Shown: positions 38,309-51,499 of the stretch, one piece after another
Layout: each line of letters starts with the position of its first letter
Position numbering within the stretch: position 1 is the stretch's first letter
From: Octopus bimaculoides
Taxonomy: Eukaryota
NCBI RefSeq assembly: GCF_001194135.2
Contig: NC_068981.1
Coordinates: forward strand, 92,268,662 to 92,332,661
Direction of reading: 5' to 3'
Length of the DNA: 64,000 nt
Notes under the pieces: generated by a model
What the model saw: only the letters and a program-made list of their open reading frames with translations
Told to the model about the DNA's origin: nothing
Databases searched by the model: none
Program-made: the position numbers and the translations under genes

Positions 38309-40121
38309 CTTTTGATATCACGTTCATTAAAATCGACAGCTTTCCTGCCTACATACTTACCAAATTCAAAATTTATATACATCTTTATCTTTTATTCGGT
38401 GCATAAAACACTTAATTCTTTGATCATTTTCATTTACTTTAGTTTTCGGACACATCTCTACTAGCCAACTTCTGCATTTTATGTCTGTGTTCCATGAGAA
38501 ACCGGGCACCGTTAAACAGTAAATTTTGTGGATTTTTTAAATCGTAATTGTAATCAATGTATAAAAAATAATTCTTTACCATAGAGGTCTTTTAAAAATA
38601 ACTTATTGATTGCTTTCAGGCAATGTATCCCTAGAAAACTGTAAATTTTTAAAACAGAATAATGAAACAAACGCGCATGTCACTTAAATAAATTCAATTC
38701 CAAAATTTAGTGATTATACGCTACTGTCAAACTACATTGACTAGAAATTGTAAACTGTCTCATTACTTATTGAAATGACGTTCGTTATCATTGCAACTCT
38801 AAGCAATTTCTCTTGTGAGCTAAACGAGTGTATTACTTCTTTCATTTTGTGTATTGATCACACGATAGGGACAATTTCATTGAACCATTTTATGCTTTTG
38901 TTGGATACATAGAACTTTTTAGTAATAAATTAAAATATGCCTTTATCTCCAAATATTTGGAAAGAATACAATTCGGTAACATAATCAATTGCAGCAACCG
39001 CCTTTCCGATGTCTCGACAACTGCAAATTCGAAATTTGTTTTTCCCTTTTATTTTTGTACTTTCTAGCATAGGTTTCGATGAGAAAATTCAAATGTTGAA
39101 ACTGCAAATCGGGTCTTGTTGCTAATTCAACGGAAGAAATCAGCAGAATATCTTGAGATACGGGTTGTTGCATTTTCAGATTAATCACATCGCAGAAATA
39201 GCTTGAAATCCATTTCGAATTTGGCCTATCGAAGTATTGAAAAGAACGTCTAGCGTTACTGTGGCTGATATTTGTAACTATCTATAAAATAAATTTGCTG
39301 TAATAGAATAGGCAGTTTCTAATAAATCACTTTAAATGTAGTTACGTCCACACAAGTAGCAATCGGGGTTTGCTGTCTTTATGTAAGAATAATATACGTA
39401 TCAGTTTTCAATACTTTCAAGTTATACAATAATCTTAAAATTAATTTGACTTTGTTCAGCTGCATATAAAATGACATTAGCATCAGTTTTGAATACTTCT
39501 GTAAATTAATAGAATCAACTTTTATTTACTACTTTTTCAGAACTAAAATTCTAATTTTCATTAAACTTCTGCTTTAGCAGAAAAAAAAAAGTATATTTGA
39601 TGTTGCCAGCTAATCTTAGTTAAGAAGAGTTCGCTTTTATAACTTTTAAATTTGGTGCGTATAGAATCAAAAACAATCCCACACTGCATTTTTCCATTTA
39701 GCAACCTTAAAAATATATCCTATATCTTTAATCGATTGCCATATTTGAGTAAATCACAATTATTACGAAGACTCAGGTTTGTGATAAATATATGTACCAA
39801 TGGCTTGGCAACTATAAATCGTTCGATAATTGACACTTTTTCATTACAATGATAATTCCGTATACCTGGCGACATCGAGGTTCTCGGACGAATGTTTTTT
39901 TTAATCTGCGCTGCGAGTAAGACTTCTATGATATCAGCTGATTTTATTCTCGTAAGGAAACGAGATAGAGAAATGTTCAGCATTCTCAGTATTGGACGAG
40001 TACTTTATTTTAAAAAATGAAATAAAAATTTGACATTGTTGGAATTTGAACGAGGAGCAGGGTGAACTGAAACAGGTATAACGAAATATCCCAAGGAATA
40101 ACTGTTCTTTTACCATCAAGT

Positions 40122-40509
40122 GTGGAGGCGCAATGGACCAGTGGTTAGGGCAGCGGACTCGCGGTCATAGGATCGCGGTTTCGATTCCCAGATCGGGCGT
40201 TGTGAGCGTTTATTGAGCAAAAACACCTAAAGCTCCACGAGGCTCCGGTAGGGGATGATGGCGAACCCTGCTGTACTCTTTCACCACAACTTTCTCTCAC
40301 TCTTACTTCCTGTTTCTGTTGTACCTGTAATTCAAAGGGTCAGCCTCGTCACACCGTGTGACGCTGAATATCCCCGAGAACTATGTTAAGGGTGCACGTG
40401 TCTGTGGAGTGCTCAGTCACTTGCACGTTAATTTCAAGAACAGGCTGTTCAGTTAATCGGATCAACTGGAAACCTCAACGTCGTAAGCGACGGAGTGCCA
40501 ACAATAAAA
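40122..40509 (+). mobile_element. tRNA-derived SINE family A, full length
   Basis: Near-identical to 5334-5717; 10-bp TSD ACCATCAAGT at 40112-40121 and 40510-40519. Confidence 0.9.
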
Positions 40510-41099
40510 ACCATCAAGTACCAACTGAAAGGATAAATTTTGAGAAGTGTGAAGATTAGTGTGAAAGACGTTCGAAGCTGGGGAATAGTTACGAAGGAAG
40601 TAACTACATACCGGGTGAACATTTCTGAATGCAATTTCTATAAAAATAAGGCACTTGCATGTTAAAGATACCTGGCTATTGGTAATTTTAAATTTAATAG
40701 AAATATGTTCAAAGTTGTTCAGAACAAAACTGATCTTGGTTTTTTTACTGGGAAATAGCTATAACCTTGATACCGAAAATCGATGGTTAATAGTGGCTAA
40801 TTTATATTCAACTTCATTTGTTTAATTTGTAATTATCTTTCGAATGCCCATATACCTGCTATTATGTTCAGTGAAACTGAATTGCATTGTCATCCTTGAC
40901 TGACAATTTCGTTTCTCAAATTGTCCAAAGTGACGATGATTACAATTGTGGTTAGTAGCTTGATCGGAGACCAGAAAAATTGTTCATAGAGGAAAGCTTA
41001 ATGTGTGTGTATAGTAAATAAATGTTTATCTTATATTTATACCCTAGTAAGTGATTAGTATCTATACTTCATTTGGCATATTAAAAACATAATCACCTG

Positions 41100-43138
41100 T
41101 CTATATATATATACTACTAAAACTCACTCATTGCTTCCTTGCTTGTCTGTTATTTAATACAGCGAAACTGGCGAATAATGGGAAAATATGAATTAACGTA
41201 CCTCTCACAATGTCGATACAAATAGAATAAAACAAGTTTCGCGTAAATTGGACCACGGAGTAGTGAGATATAGAGTGGGGTTCATAATGAGAAAATACTC
41301 CGAAAATAACATCACCCTAAAAGGGACGAAACTAAGACTTTTCCATTACAGACATTATGACCAATGTTTTATATAGTTTAAGCAAAATACTTTGTGACTT
41401 TAAATTGCCAAAGAAAAAATAAGAGTTGTTTTTACAGCAATTGTTTTTATTTTCGTTTATGTATTTGTTTTGCAAGATTCTAGATGTGAACTGTGTGTTG
41501 AAACAGATATTGCTGTATTTGGAGATGGTTATGTTGCCAATTTAGGCAATGAGAACATACGTACTATTTATTCGGTGCACTCTTGCTTCAGCTCTATTTC
41601 ATACTTATATTTCAGCCAGAGGTCTTTCGTCATACGTTTGTGACCTTGTCGTCTATTGCTTTCTTCTTTCTTTTTTGTGTCTCTCTTTCCTAACGATCTG
41701 CCATTTTGTGTTCCTGTGGTATATGTCTTTATTTGTGCATGCGTATATCCTTCTGTGTGTCTATGGTTGGAAAGTTTGTGAGTGGAAATTTGTATGGTAC
41801 CTGCATTATCAGTATCCCCTGTTTATTCACGTTCATTTTATTTTCTTTATTTGTTTATTACCTACTTAATTTTTTGTTTTAATTTATTATATTTTTTATG
41901 TATTTAATTACTTAATTCCATTTAATTATCTATCTATTATATTAGTTTATTTTCGCTTTCGTTAAGCACAATATCTTAAGCATTCAGAAATATTTTTTTA
42001 AGTGAGTGTGATTTCAAAAATACAAGTTGTTTTAGCTTTCTTTAACCAGACACTATTTTAAATGTTAAAAAATTATTTTGAAGTGAATACCATTACAAAA
42101 ATATGTTTAGGCATATTTTTTAAAATATGTTAAAGTGAAAATGACTAAAAAAATACAAATTGTTTGTAGCGTGAATGTTTATATTTCAGCTTTCTTTAAA
42201 TAGAATATTTTATTTTGGTAAATATTTCGTAAAGGATTCTTTCGTACCCCGGTGTGAAATAATTTTCCACAGTTTTATCGAAGTTTATTCAACGTAACTC
42301 ACCTCTAAACTCGCTGCAAGCCAATTTTTGTTTCCGGAAAAGAAAGAGGTGGAGGGTTGGGTTTCTCGGTAAACTCAGTTTCCACCAATGGAGTTTTGTT
42401 TTGTGCGTTTTTTTTTCTTTTCCATGTTATTCGCATGCTATCAACGAATGAGACATCGACATCACGCGTAAAGGCCCCTTTATCCAGAAAAGGAAAGATT
42501 TGGCTGCTATTTATAGCACACCCTGATACTACGTAACAGCAATTTGCGATAAAGGACTCGAAATATTTATTACGGGGAAGCAGGGCGTGCTGTAAGTAGA
42601 ATGTGGCTTACGTCCGTTTTCAAGGTGAGACAAATTGAATGCACTAGAAAACGCCTGTGCAAAAAGTACGAATAGGTCTTTTACGAAATATTTACCTAAG
42701 ATCGGGGCAGTCATGCGAATAAAACGATCGATGAGACTGATAAAGCAAGGGCTAAGCGTCTGGTGGAACAGAGAGAGAGAGAGAGAAACAGGAGAAATCA
42801 GAAATCGGATGCTTGGAGAGCTGAGCGTCGGGCGAAACAGAAGGAAAGAGACAAAAGCAAGTGATATCATAAATCGGATGCTCATGTGAATACAAGCGAA
42901 TAAAACAAGTTTCGCTTGAATTAGACAACGGGTTACCGAGATACTCGTTTTTTTCGTGTACCTTTATAAATAACCAAACCGGCATATAATGGGAAAGATC
43001 CTCTGAAAATAATGGAACATCGAAATATGAATACAAACGTAACAACCTGTTTCGTGTAAACCGGACCACGGATTCCCGAGATACGCGGGTTTTTTTAGAG
43101 TATCTATAACAATTGGTGACCAAACGGGCAACAGTTAG
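41100..43138 (+). mobile_element. non-autonomous Helitron-like element (copy A)
   Basis: Starts TCTATATATATATACTACTAAAA and ends CGGGCAACAGTTAG (decayed CTAG-type end); internal E/R-rich frame ETDKARAKRLVEQRERERNRR; repeated module GAATAAAACAAGTTTC..GGACCAC..GAGATA. Confidence 0.5.
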
Positions 43139-43140
43139 TT

Positions 43141-43993
43141 TAGTATAGTACCAAAACTCTCTGAGTGCATGCTTGCTTCTTTGTCATTTAATATAGCCAA
43201 ACTGGTGAATAATGGGAAAATACTATAAATTAAGGTGTCCCTGAAATGTGAATACAAACGGAATAAAACATGTTTTGCGTAAATCGGACCATAGATCCCT
43301 GAGATATGATGGTGGTTTTGGGGTATTCCTAAATACCCAAAACGGTGGATAATAGGAAAATACGCCGAAAATAACGTAACGCTGAATGGGCAGAAACTCT
43401 AACCTTTTTAGACATTATGATCAATGTCTTCTGTGTTTTGAAGACAAACTTTATGACCTGAGCAAAAATTCTTAATGATTTTAACTTGCCAATGAAAAGA
43501 TACGAGTATTTTTTACAGTAGATGTTTCTAATTTGGCTTTTGTTAAACACAATATTTTAATCATTTAGAGATATTTCTAAGTGAACGTGATTTCAAAAAT
43601 ACAAGTTGTTTGTACAGTAAGTATGTATATTTTAGCTTTCTTTAAGCAGAGAAAATTAAATTTTTTAAAATCATTTTCAAGTGAATATCATTACAATTTC
43701 TTTTTTTTTTTTTTTGCATATTTAAAAAATATTTTAAAGTGAAAATGATTTAAAACAGATAAATATTTCGTAAAGGACCCTTTCGTACCACGGTGTGAAA
43801 TAATTTTTTTCGACGAGTTTCTTCGGGTGATTCGACATATCTTACCTTCAAACCCCCAGTAAGCCACTTTTTGCCGGAAGAGGGTGGAGGGTTGGTGGAG
43901 ATCTCGGAGTTTCTCACCAACGAAGTTTTGACTCGTGGATATTTATTTTATTTTCCAGGTTTTTTCGATTACTTTCAAGGAATGTGACATCGA
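43141..43993 (+). mobile_element. second head-to-tail copy of the same Helitron-like element (runs into gap)
   Basis: Colinear similarity to copy A: AAACTGG(C/T)GAATAATGGGAAAATA, GTGATTTCAAAAATACAAGTTGTTT, AAATATTTCGTAAAGGA..TTTCGTACC.CGGTGTGAAATAATTTT. Confidence 0.6.
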
Positions 43994-44799
43994 NNNNNNN
44001 NNNNNNNNNNNNNNNNNNNNNNNNNNNNNNNNNNNNNNNNNNNNNNNNNNNNNNNNNNNNNNNNNNNNNNNNNNNNNNNNNNNNNNNNNNNNNNNNNNNN
44101 NNNNNNNNNNNNNNNNNNNNNNNNNNNNNNNNNNNNNNNNNNNNNNNNNNNNNNNNNNNNNNNNNNNNNNNNNNNNNNNNNNNNNNNNNNNNNNNNNNNN
44201 NNNNNNNNNNNNNNNNNNNNNNNNNNNNNNNNNNNNNNNNNNNNNNNNNNNNNNNNNNNNNNNNNNNNNNNNNNNNNNNNNNNNNNNNNNNNNNNNNNNN
44301 NNNNNNNNNNNNNNNNNNNNNNNNNNNNNNNNNNNNNNNNNNNNNNNNNNNNNNNNNNNNNNNNNNNNNNNNNNNNNNNNNNNNNNNNNNNNNNNNNNNN
44401 NNNNNNNNNNNNNNNNNNNNNNNNNNNNNNNNNNNNNNNNNNNNNNNNNNNNNNNNNNNNNNNNNNNNNNNNNNNNNNNNNNNNNNNNNNNNNNNNNNNN
44501 NNNNNNNNNNNNNNNNNNNNNNNNNNNNNNNNNNNNNNNNNNNNNNNNNNNNNNNNNNNNNNNNNNNNNNNNNNNNNNNNNNNNNNNNNNNNNNNNNNNN
44601 NNNNNNNNNNNNNNNNNNNNNNNNNNNNNNNNNNNNNNNNNNNNNTTTATTCACCATTTCATAGACTTAATAAACAGCACTCATAAAATATTGATTCTAA
44701 ATTTTCAATTTCCCCTATAAACAGAAAAAAAAATACATTTCAAAATTTAGGGGGTCACAGTTTCACGGGGGTGAAAATTTAATGCAGCGTGACATACTC

Positions 44800-45150
44800 T
44801 GAAAACCACATCGTTGATAACTAATATGACAAGGCGAGCCATTATACATTTCAATTTGCGTACACATTAACTTGCGCACACATTTCAAACCAGTACAGGC
44901 AATGTTCTTCGTGTAATTTCTCTCTCTTCTTTTCTCTTGTTTGTGATTGTTGATAAAATCTCACTCCCACATCAGATAATTTGCGAGCCCTTGAGCATGC
45001 AACATATAGCTGACCATCGCCGAACAGAGGTTTAGGCAAGAATAGCCCCACTTTATCAAATGTCTGTCCTTGTGGTTTATTGATAGTCATTACATATGAC
45101 AGGCGAAGGGGAAACTGGTTTCTTTATAAAATGTATGGTAAGTTTTGGCT
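44800..45150 (-). mobile_element. Helitron PIF1-helicase C-terminal fragment
   Basis: RNQFPLRLSYVMTINKPQGQTFDKVGLFLPKPLFGDGQLYVACSRAR matches RRQFP.RL.YAMTINKSQGQT..VG..L..PVFSHGQLYVALSRV. Confidence 0.9.
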
Positions 45151-45279
45151 GCGCATTCGTTAAGTGATAGGTGATATAAAAACCTTTTTAAAAAAATTAC
45201 TTTCCACTATGCACTCAATATGGCCATCTCCACCACCACCACCACTAACAACAACAACAACACCCTATCATTTCTCTCT

Positions 45280-45328
<49 letters not shown>

Positions 45329-46789
45329 TTTCTCTGTCTTTCCTGAATCTCCTCATCAGAATCACTCCTCCGCTAAAATTATATTCATAACTCTCTTCTA
45401 TATCACTACCTCTTATGGACGCTTCTCTCTGCCTCTTCTTTTCTCTCCCTATTTTCTCTCTCCCTCTTTTTCTTTTATCGCGTGAAAGCGTTACCGACGG
45501 GTTAAGTAACGTAATGACAAGCAGGATTATTATAAGATTGAGTGACTGAAACTGTTTGAGGATCGGACAAGATACCATATGGTGCTTATTTTTTTAATCT
45601 TTAATTTTTGACAGCGACACATCTAATGGCTTTTATTGAAAACTTTATTTTCCCATGCTGGTGGATTTTGAATGAACAAGTAACGATAACTTGGAGAGAA
45701 ATGACTTGCGTAGTTCTGCGAAGCTTGTTCTGAAAATCCTGCTTAAGTTATCACATTGATGTGCAGTTATATGGTTCAAGTTGACAAACAGAAGTCTGAA
45801 TGTGCTAAATTATGAATTAACGTAACGTAAATATTTTCGCATTTTTCCACAATTTGAAACCAATATGAAGTATTTAAGAAAGGATAAGACACTGATTAGT
45901 TTACTATTTCAATACTCTGCAATAACATTTTACAATAAGCAAATATTTATGAATGCTCAATTGTTTTGAGTCTAGCAACACTACCAGGAAGTTTGAGGAA
46001 AGTGGATGCGTTTAATAATAAGTGTATAGAGTTATCAATCCTATATACTTAAACTTACTGGGTGCCCATTTGACCGCACATTACATAGAGTTCTTTAGTT
46101 AAGAATTTTAATCGTATTTCCTCTCTCCGAATCAATTTCCCCCTATAATACAAAGCATAATGACAAACTTTTGTACTTTACAGTAATTCTTACAATTGTA
46201 TTGACGATTTAAGGTTACTCACAATTCCAGTAAAATTTAATTATAAGCGTTATTAGAATAACTGCCCGAGTGATACTAAGCAGGAAATATATTTAAATAA
46301 CATTATAAATAACATTATAATTACAACTCCAGCAAAATCTCATTATAAGCGTTATTAGAATAACTCCACGAGTTACTCTAAGCGTAAAATATATTTAAAT
46401 AACATCATCTTTGCTACTTTTCTGGGTAATGCCACGTAAGGAAATTTTCTTTTCCTGAAGTGCTTTAATATATTGAAAAGTAGATATGTGTCTGTTTACG
46501 AGAAGTCGTATTTTAAAATTTTGCCGTGTGCTCAAATATTTACTTGTAAAAAAAGGAACGTTACCTGTTTAATGTGTGGTCGGTTGTGCATAGTGTTATC
46601 TACGGTAAGTAAGTTTTATAAAAATTAAAATAATACTCCTCAGAGAAGACGCATGAACTTCTTTCACTCACTAATGTGTTTTATGAATAGCACAATCTGG
46701 AAGGTAATCTAAGTTTGAATCAATCTGTTTGTAACTTGTTTAGGTGATTTAATATTTAATGCTTACTAGTCCGATATTTGTTTTCTCAA

Positions 46790-47400
46790 AAAGCATGCGC
46801 CGGACATTTTCTGTCTGCAAGGAAGGTGTACATACCATTGTTTATATGTGTTCTCTGCATTTACAATTTGTGAAAGGCTTGGCTGGGCGCATCGATGTTT
46901 AGCTGAAATCTAAAATGGCGCAGAGACGAAGTTTTTTTTTTCATTGTTCCAAATGAGATCAACAACTTTCGTAACCGAAAAGAGATTCTAAGGAGAATTG
47001 TTTACGTATCTCACGTGCAACCCCACAACCCCACGCATGCGTGCTTCATTACAGACGATGCATCGGCTACACTTGTATTATTTTAATAGTATGTTATATT
47101 TACATTAGGAAAAACCTGCAGAGCATGAAAGCAAATTGAAAACGCTTTTTAATCAATTCCTAAAGCATTTACTCATTTCTATGAATTCCACGATTCGTTA
47201 ATGAATAAATCGATAATGAGAGATTATAAATAAGTGTCATTTACACAAAATGTCATTTGATAACATTGATTAAACGCTGTCTGTATTAAACGTATATTAC
47301 ATATCTTTACGTTTCATATTGTCATGCTAGTGACAATATCCCTGTGGGATGAATATAATGTTGCATTTTACAGAACGTATATCTCGAGAGCATGCGCAAT
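46790..47400. promoter_or_regulatory. candidate housekeeping-type promoter
   Basis: AAAATGGCG (YY1-type, 46912-46920) and three NRF1-like GCATGCG sites (46793, 47035, 47390) in a locally CpG-richer, TE-free stretch. Motif-only evidence. Confidence 0.3.
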
Positions 47401-49089
47401 AATAGGTCTAAAATATATTAGCCGTATGTAGGATGGTTGTGGTTATGTAGAGAATACATCAATGCAGCAGGTAAATGTATATTCTGAATATCCGAATTGC
47501 TAAAGTTTCGGCTTATATATATGTTCAGGCACTTATAATCAGCAAACATTTGAAGTAATTATGCTGTTTTGATGAATAAGAAATATTCTTTTAATATATT
47601 TGGTTGCTAAGAGATACAATTCAGCACTGTATGCATTGGGAAGATAGCTTTTAAAAATACAGCTATATCTATTTTTACTGTTGTGATTGACGCAATTCAT
47701 TCCATACGGCAAAAATACAAATTGGCTTCTAACGAAGCCATGAGAAAATAACTGCTTAGAATATTAGTGTTTCAAAACTGGAGTAAATTTGTTGGCTAGA
47801 ATTTACATTAATTTGGGTAAAATGTAGTTGAAAACGTGATAAACGTTCAAAGTACATTTCTAGGCAGAAATTTTATTATCCAAATGTCGGCAGCAAACTG
47901 CTTGATTTTTTACATATTTCTCAACTTTAAAGGAAACAAATTTATTTTACTAATAATGCCTTTAAATATTTTGTATGGTCATTAATGTGTATTACATTTT
48001 TTAAAAAAATATTTCCAGCATTTACAATAAAGAGTTATTGAACATCGACCTGTTGTATTCTGGAACATCAAAATACTTCAAATTATTAACGATGCATGGA
48101 TGAGTATTTTTTTTGGATAACCATCTTTTTCTCGTAAGAGTCATTAGTGCCTCCCTGTATTTTATTTTCCTTCTAAGTTGCTTATTTATACTAAAACGCT
48201 AGAGCAATATTGTCTTTAGTAAAGAGATAGAATGTATACATTATAATGTTTCATTTGATGATGATCTACATTATGATTTCAATATAAATCCATATATATT
48301 CAAATAAGAATTCAAGATGTAAAACGTATCATAATAAAGTGCTATAATAGCTATCAAGCAAACATGTGTCCCACACCAACCACTTTTCACATATTCGATT
48401 GCTTTGTATGAAAATAACTCCAACAGAAATCATGGCACTTGTAAATAGTACAATTTAATGGGGTCATATCCCATACTCTTTCAATAAAATCGTTTATCTT
48501 TCTTCCTTACGTTAGTGTATAAACTATGTTCCTATTGTCATGTTAGTTAAAATAACAAATATAATACCTGCAAGTTTTTATTTCTTACTCGATATATACA
48601 CGCAACGGCTGTATAAGGCGGATTTCGGACAATAGATAATAGTAAGTTTTTATAGCATATCCTCAAACAATAAGTAACGAAATATACACTAAATAGAAAT
48701 TGCTAAAAGCTCATTCAAATACATTTTTTAGCACAGCTTATTTTGAAACAAATAATATTTGCCATGCATCTTTTTATTATCGTTTTATTATGGTATTTTA
48801 TCTTGCCTTCGTTTTATGATGGTATTTTGTAGTTTCAGTTTTAGCTTGGATTTTAGTTTCTTTACAGAGCTTCAGCTTTCTTCTTTTTCTTCATAGATGT
48901 CAGATATTATGACCTCTTCTATTTTTATGCTTCCTTTCAGTTTCACTGTTTTACTCATACTTTATACGTATTTGTCTTACCTTTACTTAGTTACGAGTTA
49001 GATACTACTATGGATTTATGGTGGTATTTTATAGTAATTTTCCCTTTGTACTAGGTCGCTATATGCCAGATTTTGGGTGTGGTGCATTT

Positions 49090-50440
49090 TAAATCCCTTC
49101 ATTATTTTTGTTGTTATCAGGTTTGGCTAGTACATTTAGAATCCAATTAGGAATATTGTTACTATAACATATAACAGGGACCGCTGGAATAATGATACCG
49201 ATTTTTCGTATTGAAGTATGTTTTAAATACTAATCTTACTCGTCGATATTATTCCTTACATATTTTTTTTTACATTTCTGTGTCTTGCACCGTACTTAGT
49301 TCATTGATTCCTAAGTATTTGTATATCTGGCTTTCGTCTAGTTGCCTTCTTTTTTATCTAGTCTGATACTATTATACTTTCTTACCTTTCCTCTTTCTCT
49401 TTCCAAGTTAGATTTGGCACAATTTTTGAAGCTAAATTTCGTATTTGACTTTGACAAAATCATGCACTGACTGTTCTCACGTTTCCAGCTAGTTATCATT
49501 TGCAGCATACAGCTTGATATTATCCATAGACAAGTGACTGTTGATTGTTTTGCCATAGCAGTTATATCAACAGCCTGTTCTGTTGACCATGTCAGTGTCA
49601 GAAAAAAAAGGTGGGTAGAGATAAAGTCTCTTTAGATTATTCCTCCTCTAATGTAGATGGCTTTTGTTGTTATAATCCCCTTTTTTGTCTGTAGCTGTAG
49701 AACTGTTTGCCATTTATTCAAGACATGTATTATATATTTTATTATTGTTGGTGCTACCTTGTTCACGGTTATTGTTTCCATGATCTATGTATGCGGAATA
49801 CTGTCAAAAGCTTTACGGTAATGTATCCACGACCAAATTAGACACTTCTTTTTCTTTCGCCAGTCTTCAGTTAGGAATTATTGATCAACAGCTGGTATTT
49901 ATAACCATATGAGCTTTTGCAGCAGATGTCTAGTTATTCGCTGAATAACTTTGCAGTTAAGGTTTTGTAGGTTGCAGGTAGATAAGTTATAAGTTAGTAG
50001 TTTTGTGGGTTTGTACTTTCAGGAGATTTAGGAATTAGGATGATTTTCCCTTCCGTGTGTCATTTAGTTGTTGCCTCTGGCTCCGTTAGCATCTCATGAA
50101 ACTACTTTGCCATCACATTATGTATCCCAGTCAAATATTTCAGCATGAAATTAGGCGTCTAGTCGTGCTCTGGTTGTTTTCTATTTGTTTAATATTTTGA
50201 AGTAACTGGGTTATCTTGCCGGTTGTTATGTGTTGTGTCTAGACTTGTTCAGGTGCTGTGTTTATTGTTTTCATTGATCTTTTCTGTAATAGCTCCTTCG
50301 CTACCCATAGTTCTTCCCCAAAGTTTTTCCATTTTTCTGCTTCTAGTGCTCCAGTGATATCTGTTTTACTTTTACCACGTTTTTGGTAAAACCGATCTGA
50401 ATTGGAGTTAAACTGATTGTTCAAAGAATTGTTGGAGGTT
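49090..50440 (-). mobile_element. R4/Dong-clade non-LTR retrotransposon, RT part
   Basis: EGKIILIPK..NPQNY*LITYLPATYK, WIHYRKAFDSIPH, IRGGII*RD, HLSMDNIKLYA (YMDD-like), YKYLGINE, YRRVRL. Confidence 0.8.
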
Positions 50441-50444
50441 TTAC

Positions 50445-51330
50445 ATTACGACAGATTGTTTGTGCTTTAGAAAGGATACAAATAATTGGGGCTTGTACTC
50501 GCGGCAGCCACTTTTTGTCCCCATTTTCAAAGGTGGGATCGGTACAATGTACAGGCGGTGGTCAAAGTAAATAATCACCTCTTGCAATCGTTTAGCATCA
50601 CACGTACGGTCCGTGAAGGGCACCTGCTCTCGCTCTTTCTGTATGTGCTGACATTCGAGTCATTGCTACGAAAGCTGAATGTTTCGATGGATTTCCCAGA
50701 TGAACTAGAATTTGTGAGATCTGTGTCTACATAAGCGATGACATCACGCTAATTGTGTCGGACATTTCAAAACTCGAGGTGATTGGCATTACCTTAAGTG
50801 AGTACGAAGCGGTGAGGAGCAAAGATTAACCATGGGAAATCGGCCACCTGCAGTCTCAGCAGCTGGAGTGTCATGTCTCTTCCATCCTAGAGCTTCTTCG
50901 TCGAGCGATGGATGGAGGGGCCGATTTATTTGCTAGGGTTCGGTGCGGTCCGGGCCTCGAGGTGGACATGGAGTGAAGTGGTGATCAGGGTGGCCAGTCT
51001 CACAAAGAAGTGAGCATAGAGGAAATGGTACTGGAAGGATCGTGTGCAGGTGGCGAATGTCCACATCACTTTCTTCATCTAGTACCACCTAAAAATCGCC
51101 CCTTTCCCTGCTTCGGTGTTTCTCAGGCTGGGGCGCTTGCTATTCTGTTTTCTGTGGAAGGGACGGATTCCGCCTGTCAGAGGGTCCAGTTTTTGTCAGC
51201 AGGCACTGAGTGGAGAACTTAGCATGACGTGACTAATGACTGAGAAAAAGATGCTTGGTACCTGAAGTGCCAGCAGGTGTTTACTGCCCTGTGCTAGTCA
51301 GGCAATGCAGTCGGTGGTAGTTCCACATTG
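50445..51330 (+). mobile_element. Tx1/L1-clade RT fragment inserted within the R4/Dong element
   Basis: ITRTVREGHLLSLFLYVLTFESLLRKL (VRQGCPLSP..Y.L..EPL.RKL), followed by a frameshifted YADDIT-like motif and LSEYEAV. Confidence 0.75.
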
Positions 51331-51499
51331 CAGTTCTCTAAGGAATTAGTGGTGGACAAGAGAAATTCTGAGAAACTCTGAATATAGGTGAAGCTTAATT
51401 ACTGATCTTTTCCTGAGGACTTTCAGCTGTAGTATTATATTGTTCTTGCTTACTCCATATCTTACCTCACCAAAAAGTGGACTTTCACAGGGACTAATC

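Noticed and set aside
18902-44720. Many long ORFs rich in X, HT, YI or CV
   Set aside because: Artefacts of N gaps and CA/TA microsatellites.
45325-45365. Minus-strand CTGATGA..GAAA hammerhead-like string (a plus-strand CTGATGA also at ~56470)
   Set aside because: No proper stem II closing pair, stem III or NUH triplet.
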